Positions 49,850-60,800 of a stretch of DNA of 64,000 nucleotides are shown here, piece after piece (position 1 is the stretch's first letter; each line of letters begins with the position of its first letter). A program made the translations under genes and the position numbers. Where the stretch lies: NCBI RefSeq assembly GCF_009914755.1, contig NC_060929.1, one strand, 5' to 3'. The notes under the pieces are model-generated. The model saw only the letters and a list, made by a program, of their open reading frames with translations. It was not told where the DNA came from and ran no database searches. This stretch comes from the human T2T-CHM13v2.0 reference genome, Homo sapiens.

Positions 49850-52150
49850 CGCCAGAGGTCGCGGAGGGTGAAGCCAATGGGCCTGGACGCCGAGGCCGGG
49901 GAGAGGAAGGAGCGAGGTAATGGCTGTGGCTGGAGACCCTCTTCTGACTCCCCAGGCTGCCGGGTAGGCCTACTGTGGGATGGGACTCAGGCGACCAGAC
50001 GTGCTCTCCGTCGCCTCCATCCCGGCCGCTGACTCCGCTGTGTCCCCTTGGATCCATCACCACCTCCAGGCAGCCCTCCAGCGGGTTCTGGTGGCGCCGA
50101 GAGCTTCGAGGGGACTCAACGCGCTTTGTAGGGCCTGTGAAATCCGGCTTGTCGCATAAGCTCCCTGAAGAAGAGAACAAACTTCCCAGACCAGGGGCCC
50201 GCGGGGAGCGGTGCAGACACCGCGGCAACCCACCCCGAGCCCGCCGGCCCTCGCTCCGTGCGCCCAAGGGGCGTCCCCCGAGGTGTCGCCTGCAAGGCAG
50301 CCGCGTACGTCGTTCTCAGTGCGGGTCCTGGGGGCGGCGGTGCCGGGGGTACGGCCTGGGGTCCCGTCGGTGTCCACTGCCCGCCTGGGCGCTGGGGCCG
50401 CAGATCGGGGCTACACGGCTCGCGCCGACCGAACGCTGCCGCCAGAGCGGTGGAAAAGCGCTGGGCAGGCCGGCCTGGGGCTTTCGAGCTCTGCCGCCGA
50501 GCGCAGCAGAAATACGGTGTGCAGGCAGGACCCGAAACAGAAGAGACCGGGGGGACCGGGGAGGAGAGGAAGGCTGGCTGTGGCAGGAACCCGGGCGCTC
50601 GGCACCTCCCCTGGTCCCGGGGGCCCTGAACCCCCGCCGCCGTCGCCGCCGGACCCCGCGATCGTCCTGAACCCGGACCGGGCGCTTTCGGTTTCCCGGC
50701 GCTCTGCGGCGCTGCTTTGTTCACCCTGCGCGCGCGGTTCCCAGAGTCCAGAGCTGCGGGCCTGAGGCTGAGGGCCAGGGAGCGAGGCGAGCACCCGGGG
50801 CCAGCCACGGAGGAGTCCCGACCACCACGGGAGCAGGGGGACTGGGAGGCAAGAGGTCGGGGGAGGCCGGGGTCAGGGCGGGAGGAACCCGATGGGTCCC
50901 GCTGCGGCTTCAGGCGCGGGGTATAGGGTAGGACCAGGAAGGGGACTGAAGCCCGGGACCAGAGCTGGGGGTGCCAGGAGCGGGGCCTCCAGTGGGAGCT
51001 CGGGGGTCCTCGCGGGTTCTTCTGGGCCGGTTGGTGGCTACCCATCCCCAGAAGCCTGGCTGCATTCCCCTATAAGGAGGCTTCGGAGGGCCCGACTGGG
51101 TTTCCCCTCCAGGGCACCGGGTCGCAAAAGCGGCGTCGAAAACTCATGAACAGGCGGCCGGGTCTGGGGCCGCCGGGGCAGTCGTGGCTTGGGGGGGGGG
51201 TGGTCCTGCCCATCAGGCTGACTTCAGGGTCTCGGTCTGCGGCCTCCCTGGCCGTCGCTGCCTCCTTTTCCAGGTGCGCCTCGGCCCAGGGCTCCCAGCC
51301 ACCACCTTGGGGCCGCAGAAGGCGAGCGGTCACACCGGGGCTGAGGTCAGGAGCCGGCTCACCCCCTCTCCTGCGACTGTTCCCTGACCTGCGACTGTTC
51401 GGTTCTCCCGACTGGCCTTGGTCGTTGCCTTTTAGGGTCTCGGTGTGACCAACTAAGCAGACACTCAGCGGCAGCGCCGCGCTTGGGGAGACTGCAGGGC
51501 AGAAATGGGCCTAGAGGTGAAGGAGCCCTTCCCAAATCGGACAGTCCCGGGGCTGGAGAGCCGGGAGCAACCCAGTTCCCTGAAGAAATGATTGCAGCTG
51601 CTCAGGCAAAACACGTAGGCCTGGAACCAACCCTGGGTGGGCGTTTAAGGGCTTGAGCCAGCTTCTGCCCCTCAAGACTCCCCAGGGAGCACGCGCCTGC
51701 GGGGAAGGACGTGGGCCGGGTGGAAGGTGGCCCGGAACCCCGGGAAGAACGCGGGCAGGGCACCAGGCAGGCAGCCGGGCCAGCGCCTCCAGCTCCCGCA
51801 CCTTCGGCCCAGGGTCTCCAGCACTGGGAAGGCGACAGCGGCGACAGTGCACCGTCCCCCTTGCACGCACTGAGGAGCCTGTCTTGGAGCTGAGACCTCC
51901 TCGCCCCCTCCGAGCTTACTGAGCACCCGGCCGGCAGCCCCCCGACTCCCCAGGATGCTGCCTTGACCCCACCTAATCTGGTCACTCACCTCCTAACCTT
52001 TCAGGGTCCAAGAGGACCCGCGTCCTGCCCCACCTTGCTGGGTGCAGAGCCGGGTGCACGCGGGACCCGCACTCGCTCTGGGCGAACACGCAGCGCCCTT
52101 CCCGGCCTCAGGCCGAGCCGGACCGCAACGCCGCTATTAGTAAGGACTAA
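49850..52150. promoter_or_regulatory. Large CpG island ~5-7 kb downstream of the IRX2 3' end
   Basis: Very high GC with dense CpG and CGCG over ~2.3 kb, no interspersed repeats and no credible ORF. Confidence 0.9.
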
Positions 52151-53949
52151 AAACAAAAGTTCTCCCCGAAGCCCACCTTTCCCCAGTAAGAAGGTGTCAA
52201 GGGTTAAACCGTTCGATTTGCCCTTTTTCTTGATCTTAGAGGGAAGAGGCAAGAACTCCTGGCACCTTTATGGGCCTCAGACCTGTGGTTGCTGCCAGCA
52301 GTCTCAGTCCCACTAACTTTGATCAGCCTTATTAATTCCAGCTGTGCTCTATTTGTTTGTCATTTTCCCCTTTTCCTCTGGAATCATTATTTATAGCAGG
52401 AAAAAAAAAAGCCCACTGTTAGAATGGAGGCAAGGAGGGAATTTCTGAGAACGACTGGGTGAATGTATTTTTCCTTAAAGGTCACCAAAAAGGAGGAGAG
52501 GTGTAGGGGTGAGTCTTGACTCTTATGAGCTCTTCTTTGAATTTATTACTCAAGAGCATTAACTAATTACCAGATCAGATAAATGAAAAAAAAATTCCCT
52601 AAAATAACCCAAGGTAATTATAACCGTGCTGTTGACACTAACGATTAATAATTGATCAGGAGTCACACACAATAAATTGTCAATTTATCTCCCCACAAAA
52701 ATGCGAGTGCTTGTGTAGCATTGTGTTTTGTTTCTTCCCTCTGGGTATTTTCTGTGAATATCGAGTCCGTATTGGAGGCAGCCCCAAACCTCATAGTCAA
52801 TTCTTTAAGAATATTACATTTCATTTATTTACAGCTCCATATAGAACAAAGTAACATTAGAACACCTTTTAAAAATACTTTTATTATCATGGGGCCAGAG
52901 TTAAACAAACAACAAAAATTCTTCCTCTTTCCTTTTATCTGGGATTGCGCAAATACGGACAACAGATATTTCCTTTCTTCATTGTATTAGCAATACAGTC
53001 CTCTTAAATTGTGTCTTCAATTATTATCTTTCTTAGAAAGAGAGAGAACACTCTGCCTTCATGGTAGGAAACACAAGACTATTCTCTGTTCCAAGGGTGG
53101 AGGGGACAGAGGTGCCGGTTGAGGCCACATCCATCTGTTTCTAGGGATGCAGCTGAAGGGAGAGGCTGATGCATACAAGTGGGGTGTCTGCTTCCTAAAA
53201 CTGGGGCTCAAAGTGTTTTCTCTTCCACCCATCAATGGCTGAGGTCCAAGTGCATATTGTTGAAAACCAGATTCGTAGCATTCTAGCCCAAGCAAAGGGG
53301 AGGGCTAGTGAGTGCTTTCATTATGGCCAATAGATAGTAATTTTCAGCAACTGGAAAATTATATTGTCATAGATTACTTCTCCTTATAATTAGCCTTTAA
53401 AATATCTGTAGGGATTTGTCACTTGCATAAAGGTTTGAAAATACATCAAAGGGACATGTCCCCCTTGCGATTTGTAGAAATTCAAATGATGTTAATCATA
53501 ATATCCACATAGCACAGACGGTTGTGTATTGTTCCCAAGATAGCCTCTTCGGTTAACGCTTTCAAAAAAATAGTTAAAATGTTATGTTTGTAAAAGCAGT
53601 TTAAAACATATTTATTATATCTATTTATATTTTAATTTTGAGTCTAAATGAATGTTTTCCTTGGGATTCTCAAGGTACTGGGCAACTAAAGAAAAATTAT
53701 ATAGTGATAATTATTGTATATTGTTACTTGGATGAAACTTTCTCATAATTCACTTCAGAGTGTTATTGAAATTTGAAAATGCCTCTGAGTGGACCACAAA
53801 TTTGTTTGGAACAATTTTTTTTTCCAAATTGATGTCTGTTTAATTAGGCTGTAACAGTGGTAGTTTAGTATGTACATTCACTCCGTAGTTAAAAAACAAA
53901 GGGTCCACTTTACTTTTAGCCTCCTTGATATGTACTTAAATGCAATTGT

Positions 53950-54660
53950 AAATGATCCGAAAACGCGCACGGGCTTCGGAGGTGGCTATTTCATCTTTGT
54001 GTTTCTTCGCAGTGGTTCTCGCCTCCCAGAATCCGCAGAGATCTAATAAACACATAAGTTAAAGAGAGCCTCAGGGGAACCCCGAGCCCTCTCCCACCAC
54101 TCTCCCAACTCCAGAATGAGATCCGCGGCGGCCCGGCGAGGGGGTTCTGGGGAGGCGCACCCCAGGCTGGCTACCCTGAGCCCAGGCCCAAGGCTGCCCC
54201 TCTAGGCCCCAGCACCCAGCCCCCTTCCTCTCTCCGCTCCCCGCCCCTCCTTCCTCGCATCAGACAAAGGTGGATGAAGTTCTTTTCAAGTTTCAAAGGC
54301 AGTTGCTGGGCAGCTTTGCAGAAACAATAACTCTTTTATTGGGAACAAATGTTGACATTTGACGGGCGCGGGAGGCAGCGCCCGCGCCGGCCGCCGGGCA
54401 AGCGCCCCGGTGCTCTCGGCAGCCCCCGGCCCCCGGGGCCCACCTGAGATTAAAGCGCGAATTCCGATAAATCAGCTCTAAGGAAACCCTGGGCCGCGGA
54501 GAGCAGAAGGGCTGTCGCGGATCCACCACGCGGGCGCCGGGCCGCGGAGCCGGGAGCGCGCCCAGGCCTGCACCCGCAGCAAAGCCAAGGCCACCGCCCC
54601 AAAGCCCATCTGCTCCTGGTCGCCCCGTTTTGCCGACGTCTCCCCGGCCTCAGTCAACAA
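53950..54660. promoter_or_regulatory. Second, smaller CpG island with an embedded AT-rich motif block
   Basis: CpG-dense at 54120-54250 and 54360-54650, flanking ttcaaagg / aacaata / tgacatttgac. Confidence 0.8.
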
Positions 54661-55081
54661 CAGCAAACTTCTATCTTGGAGGGCTAGGTAATTTTTGACT
54701 ATGAAAATTTTAAAGCAAAAATAAAATTCAGACCCCATTAGCTTCCCTCTCCAGTGAAAGATATCTCTCTCTTTCTCTCTCCTTCCTTCCTCGTTCATCT
54801 TTTCCAATGACCAGCATGGAGAGGAGCTCATAAATCACTCTACATTTCTTTAAAAAGATCCTTCTAAACACCTGCAGGTTTTAGGTTCTTAGTGTATATT
54901 TTAGAAATCAAGTTCTCTAGAAGGAAATTCAGGTCAGGAGACAGAGTGGGTAAGTTATGGAAATCTTTAATAATTTGTTGGGCATATAAACATCAAAGAA
55001 GCTTCCTTAGCCTTGGCTAATCTCCTGAGCTGCTTTGAGTTTTCACCAATTGAAATATGCATGTCCTCCCAGAGAATGGAG

Positions 55082-55084
<3 letters not shown>

Positions 55085-55126
<42 letters not shown>
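55085..55126. repeat. (TG)~21 microsatellite
   Basis: Uninterrupted run seen directly. Confidence 0.97.
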
Positions 55127-55128
<2 letters not shown>

Positions 55129-56868
55129 GAAAGGGAACAGGGATCGCATGTTCAGGTAAAACAATCTTCCTCATTCCAAAGGGAGGCGGCTTTTACCCCT
55201 GCTCCAATGCCTGAACATAAGCGCAAAGGTTAATTTTGGCTTAGCTTTTCTACTCTCACACTTAAGAAATGTACTGCCTTAAATGTTGTATCTTCATTAG
55301 AGTGCATGATCTTTCCGTGTTTATTTTGTTAAATATTGTTAACTTTCATACTTTTCACAGAAGTCTTCCAATTACTCTAGTTATAACATTACACATAGCA
55401 GAGACATTGCTGCCATGTGCAATTTATTTCCTGCTGATTTAGGAAATATGGGTAATATTAATAAAAGTAAGCTACGTAAGACCTTCAGACAACAATCTAA
55501 AACGCTTCCTGAAGGGGAAAATCATTATCTCTATGAAAAGTCTATGAAGGTTTTATTTCTAAAACCAAAACAAGCAAATATACTCAATCCCCCTTTTACC
55601 CTCCAGACCTCAGATGTGTTTGTTTCCAGATACACTGCCAGAGTGGCAAAGCTTACCATGTGAAAAATCTTTCCTCCTGCCAATAGATAGCTCAGCTCCA
55701 CACACGCTCATATCTATTACTAGGAGAGGCAGAGAAGACAGAAAAACAGTTCTCCACCACAGAGATTTACTTTATGTCTGACCTCCAAATGCTTCAATAT
55801 TTAAAACTAACAAAATACATAAGAAATAACAGAAAACAGAAACCTGGTTCTGCCCCCCTTCTCCACAGTCAAACCACAATCACTTCTCCCCATCGGTATG
55901 GCTCTGTGTCCAGTTAACAGTCCCCTGGCTTGGCCTCAAGTATCTAAGATTACTTTCAAATACCCTTTCTAACAAGACCCCAGCAAGAGGCCACTAATTT
56001 CTATGGCAAAAAAAGCCACTAGAGAGAGATCCGTTTGTCAATATCAACTGGTCCAGCAATTTCCCATCCTCAGACACATTGGCCTATCGGAGCTGGCAGA
56101 TGTTTAGACAAGATTTTATAAATTGTTCAATATCAGCCCATAATGAACCCCAACTGACCATTCCAAAGCAGCTAAAAGCATCCCAGACCTCCCCCGCTGG
56201 GATCCAATAATGCTCTCATGCTGCAACATTATTAATCATGGAATAAAATAGATGAACCTCTTGAAAAATAAGTGTATGATTGATTAAAGGGCAATCTAAG
56301 AAGCTATTATTCTTGTTTTATAACCGTAAGTTATATTCACTCAATTTATCTTTCGAGAGGAAATAAATGATTGTTCATTTCTTCTCTGAAATTATATTAT
56401 ATGGATATCCATATAATTTTGCTGAAAATTAAAGTGACAGGCTTGCTACTTTTATGATACTAATCAAAGGGGATATGTTACTTGACTACAAATTTTAGAC
56501 TTGTCCTATAATTAGAAAGTGAGTAACACAATAAAGAGGCAGTAGTCTAAGGTTGTTTAAAGGTTTCTTTTCCCCCAGGGTAAGAGTAAGAGCCACTGAA
56601 AGGAAAGTAAGTCCCTCCCCCAGATCCTCACCCGAGGTTTAATGTGCATTATAGGAAAAGGACAGTTAAGAAATCCTTCCATAAATTTGAATAATTAGGC
56701 CAATTTGGATAATTCAGCCTTTAAAAAAAACAATTATTTCCATCAGTAATTTATTGGTGGGGGGGTGTGGCTCTCCATTATCAATATTATTCTCCAGTTT
56801 GGTTTACTGAGGAGGTTCAAGAAGCCAGCATCAGAAATAAATATAAAATGCATAGGGTGTCAGATCAT

Positions 56869-57425
56869 TTTATTTTGCCAAGTTTTAAAAATTTACACTA
56901 ACAAGTAATTAGCACACTCAGGGCACAAAAATCTTATGTTTTTTGGTTTTTTTGCAATACCTGTATAGAAATCATCTACAGCACATGTTTCTCCCGATTA
57001 TATACTTCTCTTCCATCTGCCTTTTTTTTTTTTTTTTCAATGCTCAGGAGAGAAAGGAGAGTTTATTTCACACAGGTTTTCATTAAAAAGGTGAGGTCAG
57101 ATCACCTGGAGGTTATTCACTAGAGCTCTACCCCAAATCATTCTTCTAGGAAAAATAAGCCCCAAACATCATATTATTGTAGACTAGTCTGTTTTTATTT
57201 ACAATTTAAGATATAAATTAGTAAAGAATTCGTGTTAAACAACCAACAAAGATTGTATAACCAGCAATGTTCAAATAAAAACCAGGCAGAATTTATTTAC
57301 AAAAAGTTTAGATTCCATTGCAATACAACTTGCATAAATTACTAGAAGCTTTATATCATTATAAAAATAAATATCAAATTTGTTTCCACTTCTGAAGTAC
57401 TCAAGTTCTTCCATCACGTTTTATT
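56869..57425 (-). terminator. Cluster of candidate IRX2 polyadenylation signals (AATAAA on - strand)
   Basis: tttatt on + at 57420-57425, 57292-57297, 57194-57199 and 56869-56874. Two read TGTAAATAAA on the - strand. Confidence 0.7.
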
Positions 57426-58290
57426 TCTACTGTGTACATCTTTTACAAATAAACTTTACAGTAAATCCTATCACACCTATAGAATATATACCGTGGCAAT
57501 GAAGTGATCAATTCAAGATATCCTGAGAAAAACAGATTGTTTTCAAAAGTCACACATACATCGGGGAAACTATACTATGCCAACAAATTCACATATGTCC
57601 AACAATAGTCTGTTCCAATTGTTAGAGTCTGTGGGCTGACAGTGCTGTGTGGATCCTTCTCTTTTACAGTGGCACAAGATGTGGTCTGGATTTAGACATC
57701 TGTTTGTTGTATCTGTAAATTTATGAGCTTGGGAAGAGAGAATGGCCTGCTGACTTTTTTTTTTTTTTTTTTTTTTTCAAAGCAATTGTGACACCTACCT
57801 GTGGACCAAGGAAAAAACCAAATCATCCCCAATCTTTCAGTTCCACAACAACACCATTATAAAAACGAGTTGATCTGAAGTGGTTCCAAATCTTTCTTAT
57901 CTTCAAGATCTATGATTAGTAATTCTGACTCGTTGCAAAGCAACATATTTTTTGAGATACTGTTGTGAGCCCCGGGAGAATGTCAGAGTCCTGTCCACTT
58001 GGACATGGGTGGAGGGGAGGTTGGGCAGGGCTGATAAAAGACTAGTACGCCTCGTGTCTCTTCAGTCTTATTTTGCAAACATCATCTATAAAGGTTTTTG
58101 CTACTCCAAGTTTTGGTAGCCCAAGCTCATCAAAGCATGTGTCTATTATGTGTCTAGCATAGTAAAAATGGCTCTAAATTGCATATAAATGCCCAGATTT
58201 TAATAATCTATTGTTTCAAAAGAAAACAACAGTAGTGTGTAATATATATATACACATGTACTATATATATACATGTACTATATATATACA

Positions 58291-58336
<46 letters not shown>

Positions 58337-58576
58337 TTTTTTCCTTCCCTAGGTAAAGGAGTGATAGAACTTGTGCCAAAAAGAGGGAATCTATAAAACA
58401 GAAAATATAGTTTCCCCCTTAAGGAAAGAAAAGCTGGACAAGATTGAAATGCTCTGTCTTCTAACCCCATGACCAGAAGCAAGAAAAACACATTAAGCAA
58501 GTTGGTGCTGGGAGGCTCCACAGGGTCTGGGAAGCACCAGGGTGCCCACTTACTTGCATTGCTGTGCTCGGCCCTT
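57175..58576 (-). other. IRX2: IRX2 3' UTR (3' end approximate)
   Basis: AT-rich sequence between the TAG stop (58577-58579) and the AATAAA signals. Confidence 0.75.
58240..58336. repeat. Compound (TA)n/(CA)n microsatellite in the IRX2 3' UTR
   Basis: Seen directly. Confidence 0.95.
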
Positions 58577-58629
58577 CTATAGGTAGGGCTGGACGCCCCC
58601 GCCAACCACGGTGCAGCCCTCGCTGGCAT
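58577..58629 (-). CDS. IRX2: IRX2 coding exon 4 ((D)ASEGCTVVGGGVQPYL*)
   Basis: Acceptor cccctgacag at 58630-58631. Phase fits exon 3 (G|AT = Asp). Total CDS 249+406+708+53 = 1416 nt = 471 aa plus stop. Confidence 0.93.
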
Positions 58630-59357
58630 CTGTCAGGGGAGTGGGCAGTTAGTCAGAACCGACCCCACAGCCTGCTGGCTGCGCAGACCACCGTGCACCC
58701 ACCATCCTCCACTCCCAGGCAAACAGCAGTTTGGGAAACCGACTGTCTCCAGGGCCGCTATCTGAGACGACTTTTGGTGATGGTCCCTAGTTCTTAACTT
58801 CCCCCCTTGAACTCCTCTTTCGGGTAGCCTGACTTAGGAGCAACACAGGCAACATAGCACAGGGGAAAAAACGGTTTTCTTTCCGAACAACGACAACAAC
58901 AAAAAGCGGAAAAAACATTTGATTTTATCTTTTGAAGACAAAACGCCTCTGAGAGTAACTGGAACGTTCTGTTTGCCTCTAGCCAACGGCAGAAAAGCGG
59001 ATTCAACTCTGACTCCTTAACAAGACACCGAAACACACCCAGGCTCATTAGGGCGACACGCTGTAATTTGAATTTCGTGGCAATCTGGGTTTGCCGAAAC
59101 TAAGACAGCCACGATAGTAATAGTCAAAATAACAGTAAATTAAGTAAAAATAAATAATAACAGGGCAAGTCTAAAAAGAGGGCCACACCTTCTTTGGCTT
59201 CCATCTCGCCCTCCGCCCTCACTCTGCTAATTCTGGGTCCCAGGAGTGGCCCCCTGGATCTTCTTCCCGGACCCTCCCTCGGGTCTCCCGGGCGCTCCGC
59301 CTCCCCGGGGCTGGCTCTCCCTCCCGTCCCAGGCGCCCCCGGCCGCGGGCCGCCTAC

Positions 59358-60065
59358 CTTTCTTGGGCTCGTAGCCGCCGCCCGGGGACCGGTAGTGGGA
59401 CTCGAGCGGGTGCGCGCCCGCCTTGCCCGCGTCGCTGGCCGCCTTTGGCGCGGTGTGCAGGGCCTCGCCGGGGGCCGCGGCCGCAGAGTTGTACCGCAGG
59501 AGACCCTGGCCCTGCAGCGCCGCGTTCAAGTTCCCGTAGTTTGTGTAGTTGCCGTAGAAGGGCGACGTGTAGTAGAGGGGGCGGCCCAGCAGCGGCGAGG
59601 CAGGGTAGGGCGAGCCTCCTGGCGGTGCCCCGGTTGAGGCCGGCGCGGCGGCCGCGGGCAGCCCCGGTGGCCCGCAGCCCGGGCCCAGGCTCGGCTGCTT
59701 GAGGTCCGACGTGGCGATCTCGGCCAGCGACCACAGCTTGGGCTTGCTGGCGGGGGGCGGCGCGCCCGGAGACGTCCGGCTGCCCTGGGGCGTCTTGCGG
59801 CCACCGCGGGGCGCGGCCTCGGGCGGGGGGCTCAGCAGCGGCGCCTCCAAGCCGGTAAGCGGCGACGAGGTCACGGGCTTGGGCGGCGCCAGGCCCCGCT
59901 CGCCCTCCTCGTCGTCGTCCTCGTCGTCCTCCAGGTCGTCATACTTGTCCTTGCACTCCGAGCCCGATTCGCACAGGGGGTCCCCGGCGCGGCACGGAAG
60001 CTTCTCCCCGTCCGACTCGGCCGAGCACGAGTGATCCGTGAGCGAGTCCACGTGCAGGCTGATCC
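59358..60065 (-). CDS. IRX2: IRX2 coding exon 3 (acidic tract and IRO box [14 protein letters not shown])
   Basis: Lies within ORF 59227..60267. Acceptor cccccacag at 60066-60067; donor AAG|gtaggc at 59357-59356. Confidence 0.97.
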
Positions 60066-60394
60066 CTGTGGGGGCGCGGGCACGGTGGGTGGCACGAGGG
60101 GACAGCGCAGGCACCTGGAGCCCCCTCCGCCCCCTGTCCTGCGGCACTGGGCCCTCCCCACGGGACCCCTCACCTCGCCCCCACCCGGCCACGTGACAGG
60201 CGGAGCCTGACCTCCCCGGGAAGGGCCCGAGGAATCGCTCGCTCAAATCCCGGCGACCCCAGGGCAATGTGGTGCGGCTGGGGCTCCGGCCCGGACCTGG
60301 GGTGTCCGGCGGGCAACGTCCTCCCCGCCTTAGCTCTGCGCCCCGCCTGGGAAGAAAGCGCCCCGAGACCTTGCGCCGGCCGCTGCCCGCTCAC

Positions 60395-60800
60395 CTTCGT
60401 CCTCTGCCGAGGTCTCCGTGCCCTCCTGCGCCTTGTCGGGACTCTCGTCCTTGCTTCTGGTAGCGTCGCCCTCGTCCTCGTCCTCATCTTCGCTTTTGTT
60501 TCTCGGGGCCCAGGTCATCTTGTTCTCCTTCTTGAGGCGCCGGCGCGCGTTGGCGAACCAGGTGGAGACCTGGGTGAGGGTCATCTTGGTGATGATGGCT
60601 AGCATGATCTTCTCGCCCTTGGTGGGGTAGGGGTTCTTGCGGTGCTCGTTGAGCCAGGCCTTGAGAGTGGCCGTGGCGTCCCGCGTGGCGTTCTTGCGGT
60701 ACGCGGGGTCGTTGAGCTGGTACGGGTAGGCCGCGCTGCCGTACGGGTGGTAGCTGATGGCGCCGGTCATGCCGGTGGTGTGCGCGTCGTAGGGTGCGCC
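60395..60800 (-). CDS. IRX2: IRX2 coding exon 2 (TALE-class Iroquois homeodomain)
   Basis: [59 protein letters not shown]. Acceptor ttggttccag at 60801-60802; donor AAG|gtgagc at 60394-60393. Confidence 0.98.

Noticed and set aside
49975-51045. 231-aa and 309-aa ORFs in the downstream CpG island
   Set aside because: Overlapping ORFs in several frames, GC-driven amino-acid bias, no domain.
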